In this document: piece by piece, positions 16,900-25,607 of the stretch
Layout: every line of letters starts with the position of its first letter
How positions within the stretch are numbered: position 1 is the first letter of the stretch
Assembly (NCBI GenBank): GCA_964344465.1
Contig: CAYFNN010000003.1
Coordinates: forward strand, 11,801-41,700
Origin: an uncultured Bifidobacterium sp.
GTDB lineage: Bacteria; Actinomycetota; Acidimicrobiia; Acidimicrobiales; Ilumatobacteraceae
DNA length: 29,900 nt
Reading direction: 5' to 3'
The notes under the pieces: model-generated
Database searches by the model: none
Told to the model about the DNA's origin: nothing
Seen by the model: the letters and a program-made list of their open reading frames with translations, nothing else
Made by a program: the position numbers and the translations under genes

Positions 16900-17523
16900 G
16901 TGTCGCGCACGACTTCGAGTGGTCAAAGCTGGGATGAGCGCTACGCCGAAGACGGTTTTGCATTCGGTACCGAACCGAACGACTTTCTGCGCGAAATTGC
17001 CGACCAACTGCCCGTCGGTCGCACGCTGTGTCTCGGCGATGGCGAGGGTCGAAACGGCGTGTTTCTCGCCCAACTCGGCCACGACGTGGTGACCATTGAC
17101 CTGAGCCCCGTCGGCGTCGTGAAAGCGCGTCGAATGGCTGCCGAACGCCAGGTAAACATCGACGCCCAAGTAGCCGACCTTGAGACCTACGACCTCGGGG
17201 TCGACAAGTGGGATTCAATTGTCTCGGTGTTCTGCCATCTTCCACCGACGCTGCGGCACAAGGTGCACACCGCCGTTCCTGCGGCGTTGCGACACGATGG
17301 TTGTTTCGTGCTCGAGGCATATCGCGCAGCAAACATCGGTCGCGGCGTTGGCGGGCCACAGAACTCGGAGATGACCGTCGAGCTTGAAGACATCTTGCAC
17401 GACCTCGGCGATGCCAATCGTCTGTCGCTGGTGATCGGCCGCGAGGTCGAACGCGAGATCTTCGAAGGCAAGTACCACAACGGCAAGAGCGCCACCACCC
17501 AGGTGCTCGCACGCAAGCGCTGA
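16900..17523 (+). CDS. class I SAM-dependent methyltransferase (TehB-like)
   Basis: WDERY...FG..PN.FL, LCLGDGEGRN..FLA, IDLS..G motifs. Confidence 0.9.
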   Translation: MSRTTSSGQSWDERYAEDGFAFGTEPNDFLREIADQLPVGRTLCLGDGEGRNGVFLAQLGHDVVTIDLSPVGVVKARRMAAERQVNIDAQVADLETYDLGVDKWDSIVSVFCHLPPTLRHKVHTAVPAALRHDGCFVLEAYRAANIGRGVGGPQNSEMTVELEDILHDLGDANRLSLVIGREVEREIFEGKYHNGKSATTQVLARKR

Positions 17524-17531
17524 GGACGAAC

Positions 17532-18251
17532 GTGTCGCGGCTACTTCGCTACACCATTGTCGTCGTGGCGGCCCTTCTCGTGGTCTTCGTCGGCGGTCCG
17601 TGGGTGTACATCAATTTCATCCGCGAAGACGCACCCGAAAGTTTCGTCGCTGAAGTGACCGTCACCACCGTCGCTTCTGGTGATGCGACTACCACCACCG
17701 CTGCGAGTGACGACTCAACCGTCGACGGCATTGCCGACCCGTCAGGTGTGTGGACGGTGACGAGTGAATCCCAGGCCGGTTACCGGGTGGATGAAGTGCT
17801 TTTTGGCCAAAACGTGACCGCAGTTGGTCGCACAAACGCCATCGTAGGCACCGTCGAGATTGCCAGTAATCAAGTGCAGGCAGCCACGTTTGAAGTTGAC
17901 ATGACCACGGTGACGAGCGACGAGCCCAAGCGTGACGCGCAGTTTGCGAGCCGCATCATGGACGTGCTGAATTACCCGACCGCCACCTTCGTGCTCGAAT
18001 CACCGATCGTGCTGCCTGCAGACGCACCAGCGACCAGCACCACGCACACTGCACGCGGGGCACTCACGTTGCGCGGCACGACGAAGACCATCGACTTCAC
18101 CATTGCGAGCACCGTGCGAGACGGTCGCATCGTGGTGATCGGTGAAACTCAAATCGTGTTCGCCGATTGGAACATCCCAAATCCGTCGATACCGGGTATC
18201 AGCACCGAAGATTTCGGCGTGCTTGAATTCAATCTCGTACTCGAGCGTTAA
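17532..18251 (+). CDS. YceI family (lipid/polyisoprenoid-binding) protein, membrane-anchored
   Basis: N-terminal TM, AGYRVDE, AVGRT, RD.QF...MDV.NYPTATF, G.LTLRGTTK; GAGGA SD 5 nt upstream. Confidence 0.9.
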   Translation: MSRLLRYTIVVVAALLVVFVGGPWVYINFIREDAPESFVAEVTVTTVASGDATTTTAASDDSTVDGIADPSGVWTVTSESQAGYRVDEVLFGQNVTAVGRTNAIVGTVEIASNQVQAATFEVDMTTVTSDEPKRDAQFASRIMDVLNYPTATFVLESPIVLPADAPATSTTHTARGALTLRGTTKTIDFTIASTVRDGRIVVIGETQIVFADWNIPNPSIPGISTEDFGVLEFNLVLER

Positions 18252-18254
18252 GTC

Positions 18255-19715
18255 ATGCACACCGTCTTTGGCGTCACGTTGATTGCCGCAAAACCTGCTG
18301 ATGCAACGCGTGAAGCCCAAATGCGCGAGGCAGTTGGTTCGCTGATCCTGCCTTGGCTCGAAGCGACTTGGCCCGATGCGCGTCGCACCAACACCGTGCA
18401 GGTGAACGCTCGAAGCGCAGTTACCGACAAGGTGTTCCGGGTTGATATCTCCGAACAACATCCTGATGGTGAAGCGCGCCAAGTTACTTCGGTGTCGATG
18501 TACAACACTCAACGCGGCGACCTGTGCGTCGACGTTCGGCGAGAGGTTCGACCCACGGGCACAGCCGTGCTGCCGCGCAAACGCACCGAGCTGCCGCCTG
18601 AGTCTCTTACCAATCTCGTCGCCAGCATCGCGCGAGAGCTGCGCATTCGCGACGCGCAACATGTGGTCTCGCCAGGCATCAGCCGAGCGACCAGCGAACT
18701 CGATGGACAAGCCGTAGCTGCACTCATCGACGCGCCATCGCGACGACTACCCGTCATCGTCGAGAGCACTGCCAACAAGGCGCGTACGGTAACCAACCCC
18801 GAGACGGCGCGGGTACTCACGGGCACGGCGCACGTGCATCAGCTCGCAACGGTTGAAGCCGAGCGCGGCTTCAACCAAGTCAGCGGCCAACGCAAAGCCA
18901 GCACGAGTTGGGTGATCGTCGCGTGGCCGGGCCTCGGCAAGGCCGCCCGACTCGATGCATATCCGCAACAAGATGACGAACGCCTCGTGCACGACCTGCT
19001 CGCGGCAGCAGTCGGGGCACTGCCGATACAGCCTCGCCCGACCGCACGACAAACCACCCTGTCGAATGTGCCCATTCAACAGGTCGTTGCCAATACCTCG
19101 TCACCGGAAGTCGGCGAGTTGCGCCGCAAGAACCAGGAACTTGAACAGCGGCTGCACAATTTGCAGGGCGACTACGACGACTTGCACGAAAACCTCACGA
19201 CGACCGAACACCTCACCGCGAAAATGGCCGAGGATCGTGATCGTTACCTCAATCAACTCACGGGCCTGCTCGCCTTACGCAACGACCCCAAGGAGTGGAG
19301 CAGCACACAGCAAGTAATCGAGCGCGCACAGCGGTCGTTCGCTTCGCTTGACTTCCACCAATCGGTCGTGCAGCGTCTCGGAAAGACGTCGTTTCCGCCA
19401 GCCACGAATCAACGTATTTTTGGCAACCTTCTTGAACTGAACAACCTCACCGCCCGGCTGCGACGGGGCGACATCGAACCGCACTTGTTCAATACCTACT
19501 GCACGGAGAAATTCAACTTTGCGCCTTCAGTCAGCGACAACGCAATCAATAAGTACGGCAGTGACTACACCCTTGATTGGAACGGCAAGAGCATTCAACT
19601 AGGCCCGCACATTCGGTGCAACGAGGCTCGTATCTATTTTTATCTCGACCAGAGCGAACGTCGAGTGGTGATCGGCCATATCGGCGAACACCTGCGCGAC
19701 AAGTCGACGAACTAG
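18255..19715 (+). CDS. hypothetical protein: N-terminal alpha/beta domains, central coiled coil, C-terminal RelE/ParE-like region
   Basis: Clean 486-aa ORF filling the yceI-SDR gap; heptad-rich ELRRKNQELEQRLHNLQGDYDDLHENL; C-terminal HIR...RIYFYLDQSERRVVIGHIGEHL. The fold call is inference. Confidence 0.6.
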   Translation: MHTVFGVTLIAAKPADATREAQMREAVGSLILPWLEATWPDARRTNTVQVNARSAVTDKVFRVDISEQHPDGEARQVTSVSMYNTQRGDLCVDVRREVRPTGTAVLPRKRTELPPESLTNLVASIARELRIRDAQHVVSPGISRATSELDGQAVAALIDAPSRRLPVIVESTANKARTVTNPETARVLTGTAHVHQLATVEAERGFNQVSGQRKASTSWVIVAWPGLGKAARLDAYPQQDDERLVHDLLAAAVGALPIQPRPTARQTTLSNVPIQQVVANTSSPEVGELRRKNQELEQRLHNLQGDYDDLHENLTTTEHLTAKMAEDRDRYLNQLTGLLALRNDPKEWSSTQQVIERAQRSFASLDFHQSVVQRLGKTSFPPATNQRIFGNLLELNNLTARLRRGDIEPHLFNTYCTEKFNFAPSVSDNAINKYGSDYTLDWNGKSIQLGPHIRCNEARIYFYLDQSERRVVIGHIGEHLRDKSTN

Positions 19716-20465
19716 TCAGCGACGCGTCATGCGTCGCCACACGCCTTGTGCCAACGACGAGGCAAGAAACGGTCGTGCCAGCCGATACACCAGCCCCGGC
19801 ACGATCACCGATTGACCGCGTTTCATTGCCCGACGGGTATCGCGCACAACGTGTTCGGGCGTCAACCACATCCACTTGGGCACCTGCCGAACGAGGTGCT
19901 CGAGGCCGGCGCGGCGGTGCAAGTCGGTGCGCACGTAACCCGGACATACCGCGACCACGTGCACGCCTTTGGGCTGCACCTCCAGTGCGAGGCTGCGCGC
20001 GTAGGCCGTTGCCGCCGACTTCGCTGCTGCATAGGGCCCGGCTTTTCGCATTGGTGTGAACGCTGCGATGCTCGACACCACCACGACTTCACCGAATCCG
20101 CGGCTCACCATTCCCGGCACGAGGGCCTCGCATAGCCGCACCACCCCCGCAGACATCAAGTACGACAACCGATCGAGTTCGTCTCTTGACGTCGTGCCGA
20201 TTGGCGCTGCATGCGTGACACCGGCGTTCGCCACGACGACATCGATTTCACCGACCTGAACAAGCAGCGCATCGACGCCTGCCGCATCAGACAGGTCGGC
20301 CACCACGGTGCGTGTCGTGGCACCGAGTGAACCAAGGGCTGTAGCAACTCGTGCCAATTCGGCTACCGACCGCCCTGCGAGCACGACTTCATCACCGCGC
20401 GCCGCATGCCATCGTGCAAAGGCCTCGCCGATACCCGATGACGCACCTGTCACCAACACCCGCAC
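19716..20465 (-). CDS. short-chain dehydrogenase/reductase (SDR)
   Basis: VTGASSGIG, VVANAG, VSS, YAAAK, PGYVRT motifs. Start uncertain: GTG 20465 gives MRVLVTG; ATG 20507 is the alternative. Confidence 0.9.
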   Translation of the reverse strand: MRVLVTGASSGIGEAFARWHAARGDEVVLAGRSVAELARVATALGSLGATTRTVVADLSDAAGVDALLVQVGEIDVVVANAGVTHAAPIGTTSRDELDRLSYLMSAGVVRLCEALVPGMVSRGFGEVVVVSSIAAFTPMRKAGPYAAAKSAATAYARSLALEVQPKGVHVVAVCPGYVRTDLHRRAGLEHLVRQVPKWMWLTPEHVVRDTRRAMKRGQSVIVPGLVYRLARPFLASSLAQGVWRRMTRR

Positions 20466-20492
20466 ACGTTGAGCCTCGCACACTTCATCATT

Positions 20493-20498
20493 TAGCGT
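20493..20498 (+). promoter_or_regulatory. leaderless-type -10 element for the DUF885 gene
   Basis: TAGCGT + 7 nt + ATG 20506, no SD. Confidence 0.6.
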
Positions 20499-20505
20499 CG
20501 TACTC

Positions 20506-22176
20506 ATGGCTTCACCCGTGTACGAACTCTCCGACGCATACATCGACCGACTCGCCCAACTCGACCCCGGTTATGCCACGGCCTTGGGTATCGAGGGCAG
20601 TGACCATTTGATGACCGACTTCAGCCCGGCTGGTCACGAAGCGCAAGAGGCACTGAATCGCCAGACTTTGGCGAAACTCAATTCGCTCGATCAATCAAAC
20701 GATGCCGACCGACTAGCGGCTGGTGTGTTGCGCAACTCACTCGAGATGTCAGAACGTGAGTTCGCAGCGGGTGAACACCTGCGGTCTATTCGTGTACTGG
20801 CTGGAAACGTTGACTACGCACGATCGGTATTCGACCTCATGCCCACCGACACCGCAGAACAGTGGCAGACCATCGCACAGCGCATGAGTCGTGTATCGCA
20901 GGCGTTTGCCGGAATGCGCGAGTCATGGCGACTCGGAATGCAGCGCAACACGGTGGCACCACTGCGTCAAGTGCTGGCGGTTGCAGAGATGCTCGAAGGC
21001 TGGGCGGGTACGAGCAGCGCACCGGGCTTCTTTGCGTCACTCGCCGAGCGTGCAACACCTGTGAAGGGTGCGCCGCTCGAAGATCTACGTCGCGCCGCCA
21101 ACGACGCCGCACGCGCGTTGAGCGAGACCGCCACATTTCTCCGTAAGGAATATGCGCCCGTTGCCGACCCGCGCAACGGTGTGGGCGAAGAGCGCCATGC
21201 GTTGGCACGTCAGAGGTACATGGGCATGCATGTCGATGCCGACGATGCGTACGACTGGGGACTTGAGGAAGTGCGACGACTTGATGCCGAACTCGTCAAG
21301 TGCGCGCGCGTCATCAACCCGTCTGCGTCACTCGATGAAGTGCGCCACCAGCTCGACAACGACCCCGAGCATGCAATCGAAGGTGAGGAAAATCTGCGTT
21401 CCTGGTTGCAGAACTTGATGGATGATGCCATGCACTTTCTCATCTCGAACAACCATTTCGACATACCCGCGTCAATTCGCACGATTGACGCCAAGATTTC
21501 ACCTCCCGGTGGCGCGGCCGCGCAGTACTACATGCCGCCGAGCGAAGACCTCAGCAGACCGGGCAGCACGTGGTATCCCGCGAATGGTCGCACGCGGTTT
21601 CCATTATGGAGCGAACCGACGACGGCGTATCACGAGGGCGTACCGGGACATCACCTCCAGATCGGCATGGCCGTCGTCAATCGAGAGAAACTGTCGCGCT
21701 TTCAACGCAATGAATTCGTCAGCGGTCACGGTGAAGGTTGGGCGCTCTACGCCGAACGACTGATGGATGAACTCGGCTTCCTCGATCGCCCGGAGTATCG
21801 ACTGGGCTATCTCTACGCCCAGGCGTTTCGTGCAGCACGTGTTGTGGTGGATATCGGCATGCATTGCGAGAAGAAGATTCCCGCATCGTGGGGCTGGCAC
21901 TCAGGCGAAGTCTGGACACCCGAGTTGGCGCTGGAATTCCTCTCGGCTCGGTCGTCGAACGATGATGCGTTCAACCGATCGGAGATCGACCGCTATCTCG
22001 GATGGCCGGCACAAGCAATCTCCTACAAGTTGGGTGAGCGAGTCTGGCTGCAATTGCGCGATGAGGCCAGAGCGCGACATGGCGCCGCTTTCGACATTCG
22101 CGCCTGGCACACGTACGCACTCGACTTGGGAAACTTGGGGCTCGAGCTCTTCACGCGCGAGATGGCTCGCTTCTAG
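20506..22176 (+). CDS. DUF885 family protein (putative metallopeptidase)
   Basis: YHEGVPGHHLQ, EGWALYAE, RAARVVVDIGMH, EIDRY..WPAQA.SYK.G motifs; no signal peptide. Confidence 0.9.
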   Translation: MASPVYELSDAYIDRLAQLDPGYATALGIEGSDHLMTDFSPAGHEAQEALNRQTLAKLNSLDQSNDADRLAAGVLRNSLEMSEREFAAGEHLRSIRVLAGNVDYARSVFDLMPTDTAEQWQTIAQRMSRVSQAFAGMRESWRLGMQRNTVAPLRQVLAVAEMLEGWAGTSSAPGFFASLAERATPVKGAPLEDLRRAANDAARALSETATFLRKEYAPVADPRNGVGEERHALARQRYMGMHVDADDAYDWGLEEVRRLDAELVKCARVINPSASLDEVRHQLDNDPEHAIEGEENLRSWLQNLMDDAMHFLISNNHFDIPASIRTIDAKISPPGGAAAQYYMPPSEDLSRPGSTWYPANGRTRFPLWSEPTTAYHEGVPGHHLQIGMAVVNREKLSRFQRNEFVSGHGEGWALYAERLMDELGFLDRPEYRLGYLYAQAFRAARVVVDIGMHCEKKIPASWGWHSGEVWTPELALEFLSARSSNDDAFNRSEIDRYLGWPAQAISYKLGERVWLQLRDEARARHGAAFDIRAWHTYALDLGNLGLELFTREMARF

Positions 22177-22215
22177 CGCAGCACGCGCTACTTGTGCTGC
22201 GCTAGCGCAGCACAA
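22174..22215. repeat. nested palindrome cassette at the DUF885 / L,D-transpeptidase convergence (probable bidirectional terminator)
   Basis: TAGCGCAGCAC at 22174-22184 and 22203-22213, with its inverse at 22194-22204; TTGTGCTGCGCTAGCGCAGCACAA (22192-22215) is a perfect 24-bp palindrome. Confidence 0.7.
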
Positions 22216-22831
22216 TCACCTTCGTGCCGGGGGTGGCCCAGCGGTAGATGAACTTCACGTCTTCGGTTGCCATGCGCACACATCCCGAGCCGGCAAACCA
22301 GCCGAGTTGGTTGTAGGTCTGCATCGCTTTGCCGTCTTTGCGCGGGATCTCATGAAACCCGATGTTGCCGCCCTCTGGGCCGAGCGCGAAGCGGGTCATC
22401 CAGCGAAACGAGACTCCCTCAAAGTCGAGGCTGTACGACCACGGTGACTGACTCGTCACCGAATACTCGCCCGCCTCGGGCACTCCGCGACGGCCCGACA
22501 CCGGCATCGAACGCAACACGGTTTCGTTCTTGTCGACCACCCATACCCACTGCAGAGAATTGCTGTACACCACTCGACGCCCGGTGCCAGATTTTCGCGG
22601 GAGCAGCGGGGTAAAACGACGAGTCTCGGTAATGTTCGGCGAAATCGCCGGCACGGGAAGCTCGGCGGTGGTGCCCGCTGCCTGCCCCGTTGCCGTAGTG
22701 GCGCTGTCTGCACCTGCCTCGGTAGAGCCACCGTCGGATGTGCTGCCATCTTGCGATCCGCGAGCATCAGCGACTGCGACCGGACTACACAATGCGGTCA
22801 GGCACAGCGCCAGCACGAGTTTGCGATTCAT
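22202..22831 (-). CDS. L,D-transpeptidase (YkuD) family protein, secreted
   Basis: Signal peptide, low-complexity Thr/Ala linker, MPVSG....P..G.Y.V, IGFHEIP...GSGCVRM, ATPGTKVIV. Confidence 0.85.
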   Translation of the reverse strand: MNRKLVLALCLTALCSPVAVADARGSQDGSTSDGGSTEAGADSATTATGQAAGTTAELPVPAISPNITETRRFTPLLPRKSGTGRRVVYSNSLQWVWVVDKNETVLRSMPVSGRRGVPEAGEYSVTSQSPWSYSLDFEGVSFRWMTRFALGPEGGNIGFHEIPRKDGKAMQTYNQLGWFAGSGCVRMATEDVKFIYRWATPGTKVIVLR

Positions 22832-23946
22832 TACTCGCCCGCCGGTGGTTCGTCGCTGACGACTTCGTAACGGTGTCCAACCGAACTCAAAAATCCCTGA
22901 ATCACGGCAGCCGCGGGCAGACCGAGAATCGCGCCAGTCGGACCCAGCACCGCACCACCAACGATTGCCGATCCGAAAGCGACGGCTGCGTGGAGTTCCA
23001 TTTTTTGGGCGGTGATTCGTGGAGCAATCAGGAAGTTCTCAATTTGTTGATAAAACACGATGAACGCGAGCACAAGAAGACCCTTGAATGGCGAGTCAAT
23101 GACCGTCAACAACAACGGCAAGACTCCGGCGAGATAGATACCGATGACGGGCAGGAACTGCGAGATCACGCCAACCCACAACGCGAGCGCAATCGGGGCA
23201 GGCGTGCCAATTGCCTGAAATGCGACGAAGTGCAGTACCGATGAAATTACGGCAAGGATGGCGCGCGATGACAGGTAGCCGCCGGTCTTTTCCACCGCAA
23301 GTTCCCAGACGTCGAGCACCACACGCTGACGACTGGGCTTCAACCAACTGCAGATCGTGCGGCGCAGACGTGGACCGTCTGCAGCGAGATAGAACGTGAA
23401 GAGCAGAATCGAGAATGTCTGAAACAGGGTGCTAAACGCCGACACGCCGAGTTGTACCGCGCGATCAGCCTGCGAGTTGAGGAAGTCGCGCACCGGGCCG
23501 TTCGGGTCGTCGATTGATTCGAGGATCTCCGTGGCATCAAGGTTGGTGCCGACGTTGTCGTTGAGGAAGCCGACCACGTCGGTGACATATTGGTCACGAT
23601 TACCCGACAATTCATTGGCTTGGTCGGCAATGAGCGCACCCATCACACCCACGAAACCTGCCGCGATCACCGCGAGTGCGGCAAGAATCAGCGCTGTCGC
23701 CAGGCCACGCGACATGCCGCGACGGGCCAGACGGTTGGTGCCCGGTTCGATGGCCAGGGCAAGAAACAACGCAATCAATAGCAGAACGAAGAACCCCGAC
23801 AGGCGGCTCCACAACTCTCGCGCAACGAACGTGCCGAGAAAGCCCAGCCACAACAGCACGATGGCGCGGGGCACCCACGTGGGCATCGAGTGTTGCGCCG
23901 AAGCGTCGTTTGGCACGAATTTCAGGGTACCGAGTGGCATCGTCAT
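22831..23946 (-). CDS. AI-2E family transporter
   Basis: LFLALAIEPG..RL, FYL..DG, GGYL, FLP.IG, YQQIENFLIAPRI, G..GAILGLP motifs. Start approximate (ATG 23946; 23973 or 23940 possible). Confidence 0.9.
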   Translation of the reverse strand: MTMPLGTLKFVPNDASAQHSMPTWVPRAIVLLWLGFLGTFVARELWSRLSGFFVLLLIALFLALAIEPGTNRLARRGMSRGLATALILAALAVIAAGFVGVMGALIADQANELSGNRDQYVTDVVGFLNDNVGTNLDATEILESIDDPNGPVRDFLNSQADRAVQLGVSAFSTLFQTFSILLFTFYLAADGPRLRRTICSWLKPSRQRVVLDVWELAVEKTGGYLSSRAILAVISSVLHFVAFQAIGTPAPIALALWVGVISQFLPVIGIYLAGVLPLLLTVIDSPFKGLLVLAFIVFYQQIENFLIAPRITAQKMELHAAVAFGSAIVGGAVLGPTGAILGLPAAAVIQGFLSSVGHRYEVVSDEPPAGE

Positions 23947-23979
23947 CGTCTGGTCAATTCGTGCTGGCACCATGAAGAG

Positions 23980-24855
23980 GTGAAGTTCGACCGCTCTGCT
24001 CTCGACGATGCAATTGGCACCGTCCGTGAATCGTTGAGTAAAGCGCTGCGCGATCGGGTCGCTGGCCCCGATGGTGAAGCGCGCATGATGCAACTGATGC
24101 AACCCGATGCACCGCGATGGTTCGCCGAAGATCGTCCGATTCGTCGTGTGCACGCCGATGCGTCGATGTTCATCGGTGGGCTGCGGGCACTACTGGTGCA
24201 GTCGTTGCACCCACTCGCTATGGCTGGCGTCGCGCAACATTCCGACTACCGCCATGATCCGTGGGGGCGCCTGCAACGCACCGCCGACTTTCTTGCGGCA
24301 ACCTCGTTCGGTCCTGCAGATGAAGCACAACGTGCGGTCGATACCGTCAACCGCGTACACGAGCGGGTGCACGGCACGGCGAGTGACGGCCGGGAATATT
24401 CGGCGCGCGATCCCCATCTGCTGCGATGGGTGCACATCATCGAGATTGACAGTTTTCTCGCGACCCATCAACGATTCGGGGACTTCCCACTCGATGCCGC
24501 TGGGTGCGACGACTACGTCAAAGACACCGCGGTCATTGCCCGCAAACTCGGCGTGCCGGCACCACCCGAGTCAGTGCGTGCTCTGGGCGACCAGATTGCG
24601 TCATATCGCAACGAGGTACGGGGCACGAAGGAGTCGCGTGATGCAATGCGGTATCTCCTCTTTGAGCCGCCGCTGCCACCCGTGGCACGCGCGGCTTACT
24701 CGCTGCTCGTGGCTGCCACCATCTCTACCTTGCCACGCTGGTCGCGCGCGCATCTACAACTGCCGTATCTCCCCGTGACCGAACGTTTCGCTCTGACGCC
24801 ACTGGGTGATGCACTCACTCGTGCGATTCGTTGGGCGATGCCCCAGCGTCAGTAA
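23980..24855 (+). CDS. oxygenase MpaB / DUF2236 family protein
   Basis: IGGLRALLVQSLHPLAMAGV..HS, WGRLQRT, VNRVHERVHG, Y.A.DP.LL.WVH. GTG 23980 is preceded by CACCAT + 6 nt. Confidence 0.85.
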   Translation: MKFDRSALDDAIGTVRESLSKALRDRVAGPDGEARMMQLMQPDAPRWFAEDRPIRRVHADASMFIGGLRALLVQSLHPLAMAGVAQHSDYRHDPWGRLQRTADFLAATSFGPADEAQRAVDTVNRVHERVHGTASDGREYSARDPHLLRWVHIIEIDSFLATHQRFGDFPLDAAGCDDYVKDTAVIARKLGVPAPPESVRALGDQIASYRNEVRGTKESRDAMRYLLFEPPLPPVARAAYSLLVAATISTLPRWSRAHLQLPYLPVTERFALTPLGDALTRAIRWAMPQRQ

Positions 24856-25607
24856 GACGCGCGACGCGAAGCCTGCTCGCGAGCCAGCGACACAAACGAG
24901 TTGTAGATGCCTTGCTGGGCCGGGTCGTCAGCGCTGGTGTCTTCTGGGTGCCACTGCACGCCCATGATTCGGTGTTGGTGATGTTCGATTGCCTCGAGCA
25001 GCCCGTCGGGTGCGTACCCCACGGCGCGAAATCCAGCGGCGAGTTGGTCGATGCCCTGATGGTGGAATGATGCGCCGCGCACCGATGTTGAGCCGGTCGC
25101 GCGTGCCAGCCAGCAGTCGGCGTCAAGCGTGATGTCATGCAACACGAATTCGGCACCAACCGGAAACTCACCTGGTGCGTGGGCAATCAACGAGCCGGCA
25201 TTCGAAGCATCGGCGAGGTGTTGTACCAGGGTTCCACCGAGCACCACATTGGCCAACTGCATGCCACGACACACGGCAAGCACCGGAAGTTCGACCGCAA
25301 TTGCGGCACGAAGCAGTGCGCTCTCGAACTGATCCTGCTGCGGTGAAACACCGTAAACGCGCGGGGATGCTTGTTGGCCGTACAGCAACGGGTCGACGTC
25401 AGAACCACCCATCAAGACGAGTGCATCAAACCGCCCCATCAACTCTCGTGCTGCATCATCCGCAAGTTGTTGTGGCGCGATTACGACGGGTTCGCCCCCA
25501 GCACGAAGCAACGAGTGCAGATACCGCTTGCCAGCAAACGCAACTTCGTCACGCGATACCTTGCTCGGGGCTCCGGTACGGCCGGCGACGGCGACGAGCG
25601 GAGTCAC
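24849..25607 (-). CDS. gamma-glutamyl-gamma-aminobutyrate hydrolase-like (peptidase C26, class I glutamine amidotransferase)
   Basis: LMGGSDVDP..YG, LAVCRGMQLANV.LGGTL.Q, SFHHQGI, GVQWHPE. GTG 25607 overlaps the ycaQ stop (GTGA). Confidence 0.88.
   Translation of the reverse strand: MTPLVAVAGRTGAPSKVSRDEVAFAGKRYLHSLLRAGGEPVVIAPQQLADDAARELMGRFDALVLMGGSDVDPLLYGQQASPRVYGVSPQQDQFESALLRAAIAVELPVLAVCRGMQLANVVLGGTLVQHLADASNAGSLIAHAPGEFPVGAEFVLHDITLDADCWLARATGSTSVRGASFHHQGIDQLAAGFRAVGYAPDGLLEAIEHHQHRIMGVQWHPEDTSADDPAQQGIYNSFVSLAREQASRRASY

Noticed and set aside
19719-19737. GCGACGC-N5-GCGTCGC inverted repeat just after the 486-aa gene
   Set aside because: Only 7 bp, inside SDR coding sequence, with no U-tract; could be chance in GC-rich DNA.
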